From assembly GCF_963921235.1 (NCBI RefSeq), contig NC_086101.1, forward strand, positions 158,038,001-158,102,000: a DNA stretch of 64,000 nucleotides, read 5' to 3'. Positions 11,600 through 24,009 of the stretch are shown here, piece after piece. The notes below the pieces were generated by a model that was not told the origin of the DNA, did not search any database, and saw nothing but the letters and a program-made list of their open reading frames with translations. The DNA comes from Mobula hypostoma. Taxonomy: Eukaryota. The position numbers were made by a program, and so were the translations under genes. Position 1 is the first letter of the stretch. Every line of letters starts with the position of its first letter.

Positions 11600-12315
11600 C
11601 AAGATCCGGATCCAGCACATTATCCTCCGCAACTTCCGCCACCTCCAACCGGACCCCACCACTAAGAACATCTTTCCCTCTCCACCCCGGGTCATCTATT
11701 GCATCCGGTGCTCCCGGTGCGGCCTCCTCTACATTGGTGAAACCCGACGCCGCTTCGTCGAGCACCTCCACTCCGTCCACCACAACAGACAGGATCTCCC
11801 GGTAGCCACCCACTTCAACTCTGCTTCCCATTCTCATTCAGATATGCCCATACATGGCTTCCTCTACTGCCATGATGAGGCTAAACTCAGGTTGGAGGAG
11901 CAACACCTCATAAACCGTCTAGGTAGTCTCCAGCCCCTTGTATGAACATAGAATTCTCCAACTTCTGGCAATTCCCTCCCCCTCCCTTCCTCTATCCCTA
12001 TTTCACTCTACCCCCTCCCCCAGCTCCCTCATGGTTCCACCTCCTACTACCCAGTGTTTTCAGGGCTATGATGTCAATGCTTCCCCTCCCCCAACCCTTT
12101 GTCTTTCAAATTATGGTCTTTCAACTGAAGCTACAAACATTCTTCAAATCCTTCACCATCCTTCATACCAATTTCCCCCGGGATCAATAAAGTATGACTA
12201 TGACTACTATCCTTCAGTCCTGACGAAGGGTTCCGGCCCGAAACATCGACTCATCGTTTCTAACTGATGCTGCCCGACCTGCTGAGTTCATCCAGTGTAC
12301 TGAAAGTGTTGCTTT
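11600..12315 (+). mobile_element. Penelope-like element 3' part: GIY-YIG endonuclease remnant and HHR-bearing terminus
   Basis: VIYCIRCSRCGLLYIGETRR..EHL..PVATHF..H..RLEEQHLI..LGSLQP; HHR core at 12216-12251. Confidence 0.9.
12216..12251 (+). ncRNA. Minimal type I hammerhead ribozyme motif (PLE-borne), in sense orientation in CDC37L1 intron 3
   Basis: AGTC-CTGACGA-A-GGG ttccgg CCC-GAAA-CA-TC-GACT: stem I AGTC/GACT, core CUGANGA...GAAA, putative AUC cleavage triplet. Confidence 0.65.
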
Positions 12316-12847
12316 GACCATACACTTCCCTACACTGTATTCCATCTGCCATTTTGCCCATTCTCCCAACCTGAGACATTCTGCAGACTCGCTGCTTCCT
12401 CAACTCTACCTGCCCCCCACCTGCTTTTGTATCATCAGCCACTTTAGCCACAAATCCATCAATTCCGCCATCCAAGTTGTTGACACATAATGTGAAAAGT
12501 AGTCCCAATACTGACCCCGAAGGAGCTTGTCTCTTACCTTGTTAAGCTGCCTCGTGTGCAGAACCTTGTCAAAGGCATTCTGAAAATTCAATAAACAACT
12601 TCTACTGACTCTTCTTTCGTCTGTCCTGCTTGTTATTTCCTCAATGAATTCCAACAGATTTGTGAGGCAAGATTCTCCCTTCAAGGAAATCATGCTGAGT
12701 TTGGCCTACTTTATCGTGTTCCTCCCAAGTACCCTAAAACCTCATCCTTAACAATGGATTCCAACATCTTGAAGTCAGGCTAATTATCTTAGAGTTTCCT
12801 TTCTTCTGCCTCTTTCCCTTCTTGAAGAATGGAGTGGCATTTGTAAT

Positions 12848-14251
12848 CCAATTGCAAACGAGAGAAATCTGCAGATACTGGAAAACCAATCAACACACAC
12901 GAAAGGCTAGAGGAAATCAGCAGCATCTATGGAAAAGAGTACTGTCAATGTTTCGAGCCTAGACTCTTTGGCAGGACTAGAGAAAGAAGGATGAGGGGTA
13001 GGAGCTAGGTGGGGGGAGGGGAGGAAGGGAAAACAAGGTTATAGGTGAAACCGGGGTGGGGGGGAGTGATGAAGTAAAGAGCTGGGAAGTTGGTGAAAGA
13101 GATGGGAGTGGAGAATGGGAAATCTAATGGAGGACAGAAGGCCAATGAAGAAAGAAAAAGGGGAGGAGCACCAGAGGGAGGTGATGAGCAAGTAAGGAGA
13201 TAAGATGGATGAGGGGAATGGGAAAGGGGGAGATGGAGGCAATTACCAGAAGTTCAAGAAATCGATGTTCATGCCATCAGGTTGGAGGCTACCCAGATGG
13301 AATGTACGGTGTTGTTCCTCCAACCTGAGTGTGGTCTCATTGCGACAGTAATGGAGGCCATGGATTGACATGTTGGAATAGGAAGTGGAATTAAAATGAG
13401 TGGTCACTGGGAGATCCCACTTTTTCTGCCGGATGGAGCATGGATGCTTGGAAAAACAGTCTCCCATTCTACATCGGGTGTCACCAATATACAGGAGGCT
13501 ACACCGGGAGCTCTGGATACGCTAGAGGACCCGAAGAGACTCAGAGGTGAAGTGTCACCTCACCTGAAAGAACTGTTTGGGGCCCTGAATAGTAGTGAGG
13601 GAAGAGGTGTTGGAGTAGGTGTGGCACTTGTTCTGCTTGCAAGGCTAAGTGCCATGAAGGAGATAAGTGGGGAGGGATGAATGATCAAGGGAGTCACATA
13701 GGGTGTGATCCCTGCAGAAAGTGGGGGGGGGGGAGAGAATGACGTGCTTGGTGGTGGGATCCCGTTGGAGATGGCGGAAGTTACGGAGAATTATGTGGCA
13801 GAGATGTAGGTGATGACAAGAGGAACCCTGTCCCTTGTGGGTTGGCAGGAGGGTGACGGCTAAAGTGCGTGAAATGGAAAGATGCGGTTGATGGTGGAGG
13901 AAGGTAAACCCCTTTCTCACCTTATCTCCTTACCTGCCCATCACCTCCCTCTGGTGCTCCTCCCCTTTTCTTCCTTGGCTTTCTGTCCTCTTCTATCAGA
14001 TTTCCCCCTTCTCTAGCCCTGTATCTCTTTCACCAATTAACTTCCCAGCTCTTTACTTCACCCTTCCCCCCCACTTCCCAGTTTCATCTATCACCCTATG
14101 CTGCTGCTTCCCCCTCCCCCACCTTCTACCTCTGACTCCTCATCTCTTTTTCTCCAGTCCTGATGAAGGGTCTCTGCCTGTAACGTGGACTGTACTCTTT
14201 TCTGTAGATGCTGCCTGGCCTGCTGATTTCCTCCAGCATTTTGCATGTTGC
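12848..14251. mobile_element. Penelope-like element with inverted termini (minus-strand GIY-YIG body ~12850-13915 plus inverted terminus ~13915-14251), 13-bp TSD
   Basis: TSD TG(G/A)CATTTGTAAT at 12835-12847 and 14252-14264. Minus-strand LPVTTHF..RLEEQH..LGSLQPDGMNIDF. Degenerate HHR cores at both ends. Confidence 0.85.
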
Positions 14252-15408
14252 TGACATTTGTAATTTTCCATTCTTCTGGAGCTGTTCCGGAATCAAGTGA
14301 TTCTTGAATGATGATTACTTTTGCCTCCACAATCTCTTCAGTTACCTGTTTCAGAACACTGGGTGTAGTCCATCTGGTCAAGGTAACCTTGAGACTTTCA
14401 ACCTCCCAAGCATCTTCTCTTTACTAACAGCAGCTACACTCTCAAAATTCTGGCATACTGCTATTGTCTTCCACAGTAAAGACTGACACAAAATACTTAA
14501 GTTTGTCATTTCTTTGTCCCCAATGACTACCTCTCCAATACATTTTCCAGCAGTCCAATATCCACTCTTGCATCTTTTTGTATATCTGAAAACACTTTTG
14601 ATATCCTTTTATAATGTTGGGTAGTTTGCCTTCATATTTCATCTTCTCTCTTTTTGGCTTCTTTAGTTGCCTTCTGTTGGCTTTTTAAAAACCTCCAAAT
14701 TCCTCCAACTTCCCATTTCTTGTAAAAAGCTTCTGATTCCTCTAATCTCCAACACTGCGCACTCTACTTGCACTTTGCTTCTTTATATTGGCCCCTGCCA
14801 AGTGCCTAAGAGATTATTATGATTGCAGCTGCCAAAAATTTCCAAAAGGCCGTGAGTTTTTTTTTAACCTTACGCTGCTTCTCCAATGAACAACATTTCG
14901 CAATGATTGTGGTCTGCTGGTGGTCCTGGACTGCAGCCTTTCTTGATTTAGGTGACAACAATTTCACACAAGATGTCTGTTTTGAAAGCGATTCTGTGGT
15001 GAAAATCCATGGCAAAGAAAGTACATATCATTGGTACAGTAGTTGCACTGTTAGCTAACTTGGAAGCTATCTGTTCTGGCTTATTGGAAGGATAGCATCA
15101 CAGCATCACTCTCAAATGCTGCTGTGTGCAAATTCTTCCCCAAGTCAGTTACATCTGAAATTGGAAATGTGCCTCTGTTCCATTTTCACTGGTTCTAAAT
15201 CCCAGAAATGTCTTTGTAGCTTTATGTCAGTGTTTGCAACTCGTGGAATGAAGCAGATCAAGGTGATGCTGAACCACCATCACCTGAAAGGAAATTATAG
15301 CTAATGATAAGACAAGTTTGCCAAAATTAATTACCTATTTTCTTAAATGTAATGTTCACATTGGCTGTGGCAGAAAGCTGGAATAAAATATATTTTTCCT
15401 CTACCTAG

Positions 15409-15524
15409 GCATGTTGAAGCGTTGGATTGACAGTCAGAGATACTTGTCAGATCACCCCCACCTAGTTTGTCAAGAAACTGCTAATTATTTGATAAAGTGG
15501 TGCTTTCATTTAAAAGAGGAGGAG
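15409..15524 (+). CDS. CDC37L1: CDC37L1 coding exon 4
   Basis: cctag|(G)MLKRWIDSQRYLSDHPHLVCQETANYLIKWCFHLKEEE|gtaagg; Cdc37 Hsp90-binding middle domain. Confidence 0.97.
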
Positions 15525-16713
15525 GTAAGGCTGAAAGGAATTGATGTCCTTCAAAAACATAGGGTTTGTTTTGGGCTATCTTCAGTTTCTCTAGGCTGTG
15601 GGAAGAGTGTTTATGCGTGGAGTGAGATATAATCCACTTTCAATTTAGAGGCATACACACCTTGTTTAATAAAAACCAAGATACTGGAAGTGGAAAGGGA
15701 GCAAATACTTGAGCTGATTTAGTAATTAGTAAATCATTGATCATTTCACATTCAAATACATTGAGTTAGTGCAAAAAGAAAACAACAACAGAATGGTAAA
15801 TTCACTGCTGCAATTATGGAGAAAGTGCAGAGCAGGTACTTAATTAGATACAAGGGCCGTGATGGCTTAGAATGAGAGATCAGAAGTTTATCATGTCAAA
15901 AATGTATCAACAATGAAATAGGAGCTAGGGCAAGGAACTTAACCTGGACCTAGAAACTTAAAGCCCTCAACCATCTGCACCTCAGCATCATTGATAAAGA
16001 TAGGTTGTACTCTGCCCCACTTCCCGATTTGAGATTTTTTTAACTAAACATAATAACTAGCCACTGGCATTAAAGGGAAAGGTGGTCTTAATACTATACC
16101 ACTTAGCTGTCTACTTCCTTCTGTGCTCAGACTCATCATTTTTTGATATTTGGCCCACGGCAGTGGTGTCACCTGCAAATGTAGATTTAGCTGGAGGAGA
16201 ATCTGACCACAGTGTATAAAGAGTAAAGTAGAGGGGCTAAGGAGACAGCTTTGTGGGACACCAGTGTTAAGGAAGATAGTGGCAAAGATATAGTTGCCCA
16301 TCTTTGCTGATAGCAGTCAGGAAGTCAAGGATCCAATTGCAGAAGGAGGTTGTTCACTTCATGAACAGTGATTCAACTGAAACCCATTTTATTGGCATCT
16401 TCTACCAGTGAGATAGTGGGTTCTGCATGATGCATACCTTCTGCAAATGATGGAATTGTGTTGCTTTGGATTTCCAGCATCTGCAGACCTCCTCATGTTA
16501 ATGACCAGTGGATTAGAGTTATTGGTAAACCAGCCGATCACCTGATATGGTGGAAGGCATTAAGCTCAACCTATGAGTGCTCTTAAAGTGCAAAAGGAAT
16601 GGAGGAATTTAATGTACAGTTTCTCCTTATTCTTGCTGTTACTGATTTCTGCATTAAAAGTACTTTGCCCCCCCCCCCTTCTCTGTTGTAATCTGGTCTT
16701 GTTCACTTTGCAG

Positions 16714-16836
16714 AAACAAGCACTAATGGAACAGGTGGCACATCAGGCTGTCGTTATGCAGTTCATTATAGAATTGGGCAGAAGCCTTCAACAGGATCCC
16801 CGGGGCTGCTTCCGACAGTTTTTTGAGAAAGCAAGG
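16714..16836 (+). CDS. CDC37L1: CDC37L1 coding exon 5
   Basis: ttgcag|KQALMEQVAHQAVVMQFIIELGRSLQQDPRGCFRQFFEKAR|gtaagg. Confidence 0.97.
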
Positions 16837-18152
16837 GTAAGGTCATGACATAAATTATGTGCAGTCTAGAATAAACTTACTTCTAGTCAGGATGGCACCA
16901 AGCTGTGGTCTTCATTGACATCGTGGCTCAGGCTTGTTTTTTCTTAATTTGTTATGGATGGTTTTGAGGGGAGAGAGAGGGAAGCTGGGGTCAGATTACG
17001 GTTTAAGGACTGGGATGTGGAGGAGTTAGAGGTCAGGCTGGAGTCTAGGCCTTCATTCCATGTTGAAAGGCCAAAGACGTGGACAGGTGATGAAGGACGT
17101 CCCTGGATATCAGGCAGTCCTAGGATGGTGGGTCACTGGATCGGGTGTCCATGGGAGCAGGGAGCGCGAGGTCGGTCAATTGGTGAGTCCAGAATTCAAG
17201 CCTGGAGTTTGAGATCCCGCCATTGGCTAGTCCAGGGGTTGATAACAAGGATCAGAGCTGAAAGTAGGAGACTGGAGGTCTGGACCCTGTCCTGTCATTA
17301 GAGGACTCTGTGTGTGGATGGGAGGGAGGAAAGGGGCTTGTTTTGGTGTGGTCTTGGCAGTGTATTGTACAACTGCTGTAAAATTTCCCAATTTCTATAT
17401 TCCATGCCCTGAGTGATGAAAGCCAGTATGCCAAATGCCTTCACCACCTCGCCTACCTTTTCAGTTTTATGATTTCTAGTATCTGCAATACTTTGTGCTT
17501 AGATTTGCACTTGTTGAATTTGTTACTTCGCTGTTGGTACAGCTGAAATTCTCCAACAGATTTTTTAGAAATTGAACAGTGCTGTTAACTTGAGTGTCCT
17601 TGGCAATATAACATCCACGTAAATGAAAGTACAAAAAAATGCAGCTGTTGGAAATGTTATATCTCTACTCCATGGAGTAGACACAGGCCATTCAGCCCAT
17701 CTAGTCATTGCCAGTTCTCAACATACCCAACAGTACTGTTAACCTTTTCTGTCTGTAGTATTCCATTTCGTGTTCACATTGCCTCTCCCGCCCCACTGTC
17801 ACCACTTGGTTTTCTTGCCTCCCACCTATCAGGAGCCAATTAACAAACATATTTGGGATGTGGGGGGAAACTGGAGCATTTGGAGGAAACCTGGGCTCCA
17901 GGAGTAATTTGTTTCTGTTCTGTTTGGAACCTCTGGCAGTTAAATCACAATGTTCAATCTATTCCATCCATGCTTGATAATTACTTGTCGAGCAAATAAA
18001 AACCAATTCATCTGCTTAAGCCTTTATCTGCTCTTCCCTGAAAGATGCAAACTCTCAGTGTACCCTCTTGTATGTTGGCCATTGCAATCCTAAATTGAGC
18101 TGATCAAGGTAACATTTGTTTTTCTCACTGGCTTGCTTCACCCTGTACAAAG

Positions 18153-18320
18153 ATAGCCGAAGAGGGATACATGGACGCCTTTAACGCTGAACTAGCAGCA
18201 TTCATCCAGCGGGTACGAGAATTTGCAGATACGGTGCCACTACAGAAAGCAGCCCAACACCAGAATCACTTGGATGCTCATGGTCGGTGTCCTGTGGAGG
18301 TGTTCGAGTCTTTGCCACAG
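18153..18320 (+). CDS. CDC37L1: CDC37L1 coding exon 6 (ends at a GC donor)
   Basis: aaag|IAEEGYMDAFNAELAAFIQRVREFADTVPLQKAAQHQNHLDAHGRCPVEVFESLPQ|gcaagt; matches human EEGYFEAFKNEL..LESLPQ. Not present in the supplied ORF track. Confidence 0.92.
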
Positions 18321-18887
18321 GCAAGTACCTGCTCTTAGGGGAAAAAAAAAAAATCATGGATTCACTTTTGTTTTATTTGTCTGGCTACAAGTTTGTGCTT
18401 AAAGCTTATTTTTGCAAATATTGGAGAGTGGCTTGCTTTTGTGAGTGAGTTGATGTCCATTTGAACAGGTCTTGTTTCTGGGAATATAGCTCTGTGCCTA
18501 ATGTTGTTATCCAGCTCCCATTTTCCTTCATAGTCTCCAGTATCTGGGAAAATATCTGGCCCATAAAATGCCAGACCATTGTCTTTTAGCTCCTGAGCCA
18601 GTTTTGGGCTCAGCTTGCTGTCTATAGAGGGCCCTTGTTGCTCTGATCCGTCAACTGTGTATGACAATGTCAAAAGCCCTGCCAAAAGCAATGTTGGAAT
18701 CTACACCCAGCCATCACTATTGTGTTCAGTGCTCAGATATTCAGATACTTCTTGCAACTCTGCTGATGCAGAATATCAAAGTTCTATGCTCCCAGCCCAC
18801 CAACACCCCCCCCCCATGAAGCCTTTGGCAAATGGAATTCAGGGACGAGCTCTAGAGTCTTTATAATGAGTTCTATCTGCCTTCCAG

Positions 18888-18959
18888 GAGCTCAAATGGT
18901 GTTTCCAGTTGCAAGATGTCCACATTCTCCAGAATGTGCTTAGCAACATGAACCCTCAG
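18888..18959 (+). CDS. CDC37L1: CDC37L1 coding exon 7 (72 nt, Cdc37 C-terminal-domain-like)
   Basis: ccttccag|ELKWCFQLQDVHILQNVLSNMNPQ|gtatgt; phase 0/0; resembles CDC37 ELQKCFDVKDVQMLQDAISKMDPT. Confidence 0.88.
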
Positions 18960-20807
18960 GTATGTCTTACAACATCTGTCCCTTTCTAAGTTCTGATCAA
19001 GTCTTGAAAGGTCCTCCATCTTTATTTTCATCCCTCCTATTTTGTCTCTTTACAAAACAGTTTTATAAGGCAGATGAGGCACAGACAACCCCTTCCAACT
19101 TGCCTTCGTTTCAAAGCCTGACATCATTGGAGAGGACTAGGGACCTATCACATCGTTCTATGCTGGGCAAAGCCAGAGCTTCCCAGGGGACAAAGGTGGG
19201 GGATATGTGACAACATTCAGGCTTGATTTAATAAGTTATTTATACTGCACCTTCAGCAAGACCTACCATTAACTTTCAACATAATCGGTGTTGCGACATA
19301 TAACAGATGTACATGGTAGAATATCATTAGCAGAAATTTAACAGCCAGCCAAAGGGTTATTGTGGCTATAGAAGCATGTTGGAGGCTGGGTATTCTATGA
19401 CATTTGGTGATTATTCTCTTCCAAATGCAATAGGCATACAATACTTGATGGACTTGCTTTACTTGTCTGATTAAAGTATAGCTCCAAACACACTTGAAAT
19501 TTTACACCATCCTGGGCCTATACCACATACTTCTTCCTATACATTCTCTCCCTCCATCCAAGTGCCCATCTAGAAATTGCTCTGTAAAACCTGCCAGTTT
19601 GTTAACCACAGTTCCAAAGTCTTTGGGCCTGCTGCTTGCAAGGTTGAGAACAACTATGTTGCTTCCTTCAAATTCCCTTCCAAATTACACACCATCCTGA
19701 CTTGAAAATAACTCTCCTGTTTATTGCTGAATTAAAATTCTGCCTGGTACCTTTGGAGCACATTGTCAATAACCCTTCTAGTCAGTAACCTTGCACATCA
19801 CTCCCAATCCATTGATTCGGTCAAACCGAAACCCTGGGCTGCTATGAAATGAAGCTTAGGAATATGCCTAATTTAACACTCTACTTGCAGTCATACTGGT
19901 TAGTTAATGCAATGTGTTTTTTGGTTTCCATTTTAAGAAATTGTCTATTCAAAATATTCCCCATATTTGTAAGTGGCAGTGAGAAAGGTTGTGTGCACGT
20001 CAAGGCTGCTGTGAGATTAAATCTGCTGTGATGCCATCTGGTAGCACATATTGATGGATCACAGGCTAGAAAACCAATGGTGCACACCAAGTTGATGGCA
20101 CTGTATGTTTTGATTTACAGTAAGGACCTTTGAAATCTTTGTTGCAAACCCTTGATTCTGGTGTAGAGGACACGTTTGAACTCTATTCAAATGGTCTGCC
20201 ACTCTGAGTTTTCCTTACATTTATCTGATGTCTTTCCCATCCTCGGAATGTACCAGAGAATATCAATGTGTCGCCACGTTCCGGAGCTCACAGAACTAAT
20301 GATTTGTGCATGGTAGAGTTCCCTCAGATACTGCAATTTCTGTTGTGACTGCTGGTTGAGGGATAATTGATATCCAAGAAAACTGGGCAGCTGTGCTTTT
20401 TGGATAACTCCTTGGGATCAGTTTAATTCGCACTGAGTAAACAGGATCACAGTATATCTCCACGCCCAAATGGCACTTATCTAACCAAGCTGAGGTGTGA
20501 GTTTGAGCCAGTGTGGGAAAGCATTTTATTTTTGGTATTGTTTTATTTAAAAATAAATATCGACAGCCTAACAGCAACTTGCTTGTCATGTTTCCCTATT
20601 TTAATTTCCATTCAAAGCTGAAATGATTTGTAACCTTTGACTCCTTTGTGGCCAGCAGGACCAAGTGGGTCAGGAATCATTGGAAGCTTTCTCCTTGAGT
20701 TTGATTGCGAGCAAATGATTATGACTTTTTCTTTTGTCCCATTATTGTTCTGTACCCCCGTGTAATGTCAACAGTCCTCTTGAACTTTTGATCCATTTCT
20801 ATTTTAG

Positions 20808-20915
20808 GTTGCTGAACAATACTTGCAGCACTATATTGATGCTGGACTAAGGATCTACAGTACTCAAGAAGCCAAAGAGGAAAGAAATGAGGAGCCTAGA
20901 ATGGACATATCATAA
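20808..20915 (+). CDS. CDC37L1: CDC37L1 terminal coding exon 8
   Basis: attttag|VAEQYLQHYIDAGLRIYSTQEAKEERNEEPRMDIS*; compare human ..DYLQY...DDEPKMMDTV. Total CDS is 1086 nt (361 aa). Candidate AATAAA signals at 21393, 21535, 21962 and 22663. Confidence 0.9.
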   Translation, partial: VAEQYLQHYIDAGLRIYSTQEAKEERNEEPRMDIS

Positions 20916-22929
20916 GTGTTTAGCAATAATGCTGCCTACTAGAAATATACATAAACATTTTCACTACAGTGGAAGAAAAACCGGCTATTTTTGTATGTAA
21001 CTGGTAACTTGCCTGTTCGAATGCTGCACTTTATTCGTCAGGAGTGTTTTAAAAAAAAGTTTTATTGAAACCCGAACTGTTGGCAGTATGAATTGGATGC
21101 TTAAGTGTCTTGATGCTGGCTGTTTTGGAATACAGTACAGAATTTGTGGATAAATGTTCTGTCCTTTCCCACCTGAGCTCAGACTATGATACCTACTGGG
21201 TAGATTCTACAGTAAACTACAGAAGGTTTTCCCTTCATTATTCTGATTAGGTTTCTTATAGGTGTCAAGTTCCTGACAAACTGAGGCAGAGCATCCCTGT
21301 AGGAAATATGTACTTAAAACCTATGTTTTAAGAGTAAAGGGAATTGTGCCTTTGACTTTAGCTGCAGGGCATACATTATTTTTAGTGCAAGCAATAAACG
21401 TGTTGAACATGAATGGATTTCTCCCCCACCCATCCTAATACTTCACTAATGTTAGTGGAATATTTTCACGACTATGTTATTGTTTAAAATACACCATAAT
21501 TTGGACAAATTGGCACCTGCTTGAAGCTTTATAAAATAAAAATTCATAGGAAACCTAGGCACATTCAAAGCAAATCCAAAAATATCAACTTTCCTTGTCT
21601 CTCAGCATTCACATTTGAATTTTAGGTTTGCTTGACAACTTGGCACATCTTGAGTTTTTATTCAGGATATGTTTTGGTACCCAGAGTGCTAAAATGATGT
21701 TCCACTTTCACGAAAACAATGCTTTGGCTTTGGAGTCGATGCAGTCATGGTCTGACTGGCCCAGAATCTGTTCACTGCTCTGGGAAAGAACAGAGGGATG
21801 GGCTGCATTCTTTAGAAATGAGAACTAACTACAGTCGCGTTGGTCTGGAAGACGGTTACTGCGATGTACACAGAATGTGCTTCAAGGCATTTCGATTTGG
21901 TGTGAGTCGATTTGATTTCATATTAAAGTGTGTGTAAACACTTTCAAATTAGCAGCACGATAATAAAATAGCTGTCTGCTTCTTGATCCAGGGTTATCTG
22001 GATCACAGGAGCAGGATTAAGTAATTATTACATTTTGCAAGGGCATGGTTTACTGAATGGTTTCCAATCAACCTGTAAATTACAATGAGCCTTGTATGTT
22101 TTGGGCCTCAAACAGTGAAATCTTGATAATCAAGATAAAATTAAGGAGACTTCTACATTTCTGGCTGCTTGAAGCTGCAGTGATTTAGCAGAGGTAATCC
22201 ATGGAAAAACACTGACATTTTGTATTTTTGTGAATAAATGTACTGGCATTTGTGAAGAGTGTGAGTGAAACCAGTGTAAAGATATTGTTGATTGGCAAAC
22301 GAAACCTGTTACACAGAGGCACGGATGTTGCCTTGTGGTGTCTGGCAATGCATTCTCCACTTTGAAGAGCTTGAACCTGTAATACTGGACTGAGCTGCAT
22401 TGTAAATTGGTGCCCATTGACTGCAGAGACTTGATTCCAAGTGATCTGGTCTCTTTGTGGCTTCATTCAGTTTTCAGTTTAATCACCATTTATCATGTAA
22501 TTGCTTGTGGATGTTTTTTTGCCAAGTCTATTTACAGATCTGTATATATGTGCTGCAAAACAGAAATGAGCACCTTTCTGGTAAGAATGCCGAGCGGTCA
22601 CTTAGTTCTTGCACTGAGTTATTTACTATGCTTTCTAACAAGAAAACTAGTTGCTTGGTTTGAATAAACATGAAAATAAGAGTTTTACCAAGACCCTTCA
22701 TTTTCCACTAAATCACCTCTGATCAGGATTTTAAATAAGATACCAAAGAAGGGATTATTTGGGCATTGAAACTGGATTGACATAGTTATTTTCTCTTCCA
22801 TTAGTATATGGTTACAAGTAATTCTGAATTGCTTGGAATGATTAGTACAACAGTTTAGGACATTAATTAAACTAAATTACTAAAAAATGACTGATTTGAG
22901 TAGCCCTTTATGCAGTCTGCTGGCTGCTT

Positions 22930-23990
22930 TTCATTTATCCTTGTGGATCTTAGTAATTTTAGCCACTCATCTTTTTTTGACTTGATTATACCTCTCTAAA
23001 TGTCTTGCACAGATTCCCAGGATCCATATTCCTATTTGAATTTTATTCTCACCCTTGCCCAACAGACAGTCTGTTTCCTCCTATTACGGGAGGTTTCAGC
23101 AGAGGCTTTGACTTGAGTCCATACTGGCACCATACTAAATGCATCCACCTTGTTCTACTACTTTCCATCCTTTCGCATGTCCCTGGCACCTTCCGAGTGC
23201 TTTCCCAGCTCATATTCCTGAGTCTGTTGTCTGCCACTACATTCCAGACCAGAAACATTTGCTGCATAAATTTGTCATTCTTGATTCTGCCTACAGGCTG
23301 TCTCCTTTATGCTTTACAAGCCACTGTCACTTTCAATCATTTAAACATATGTCCACAAAGCTCTTATTCCTTCAGTCTACATTACCTCATCTTACTCATC
23401 TGCACATTTGTGCTAATTTTGTCTGCTAATCCCAGCACCCTGAACATGTTTTTGAAGATCATTTCTGTCCACCATTTACTAGTTTGTTCTATCTGTAGTT
23501 CTGGAGAGTGCCCTATACATTTAAATCAAAATCATTGGTATCGAAAGGAATGGTCCCAGGACCAGCCTTGGGAGTCCCTCTAGGAAGTGAAAAGACTAAA
23601 TCTTTCTCTACAACCAAGATGTCTGTTACCCAAGGTTTAAGCTGGGTTGTTATTACCCCTATTATTTCATGGACTCCAATCTTTATGACAAACTTATTAA
23701 GCATCATTTCATGCTGCAACTCTTAAAATCATGATACACCAGGACAATCTTGTTTCCTCTCTTCAAAAATCTTAACTCAATTTGCCTTTAACTTATCCAA
23801 GTGATTACTAACTCTGCTTAATTACTGTTCCTCAACTTCCCCATAATCTAGGTTAAATTGAAAGCTTGGAATTATCCAGGGACTCTTTGAATGAGAGTGG
23901 AACAATTGTAGTTTTCTGCCCATTATGTAAATATAAGCCAATATAAATAATTTATCCAGAGTACAGCCCATGTTTGAAATTTACCAAGGA
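22930..23990 (-). mobile_element. Old LINE relic, possibly I/Nimb clade
   Basis: Decayed coding-like tract resembling the relic at 60640-61180. It appears to resume after the CR1 insertion at ~26950. Clade assignment is tentative. Confidence 0.4.
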
Positions 23991-24009
23991 AAATGCTGAT
24001 GTTTCCCAG

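Larger units (their letters stand above)
11265..14720 (-). mobile_element. Fragmented CR1 LINE (11265-11600, 12317-12847, 14252-14720) interrupted by two PLE insertions
   Basis: RT motifs KGESCLTNLLEF, FQNAFDKV and VAKVADDTK, plus EEIVEA..QESLDSG, on the minus strand. The CR1 sequence resumes across the TSD at 12835/14252. Confidence 0.8.

Noticed and set aside
11373-11945. 190-aa ORF that looks like a novel nuclease gene
   Set aside because: Chimeric read-through of antisense CR1 sequence into a Penelope GIY-YIG fragment inside an intron.
7076-20915. Calling the gene CDC37 rather than CDC37L1 because of the extra C-terminal exon
   Set aside because: It lacks the N-terminal DYSVWDHIEVSDDE motif, has CDC37L1-type HNSESL and HQAVVMQFI, and sits beside AK3 and RCL1.
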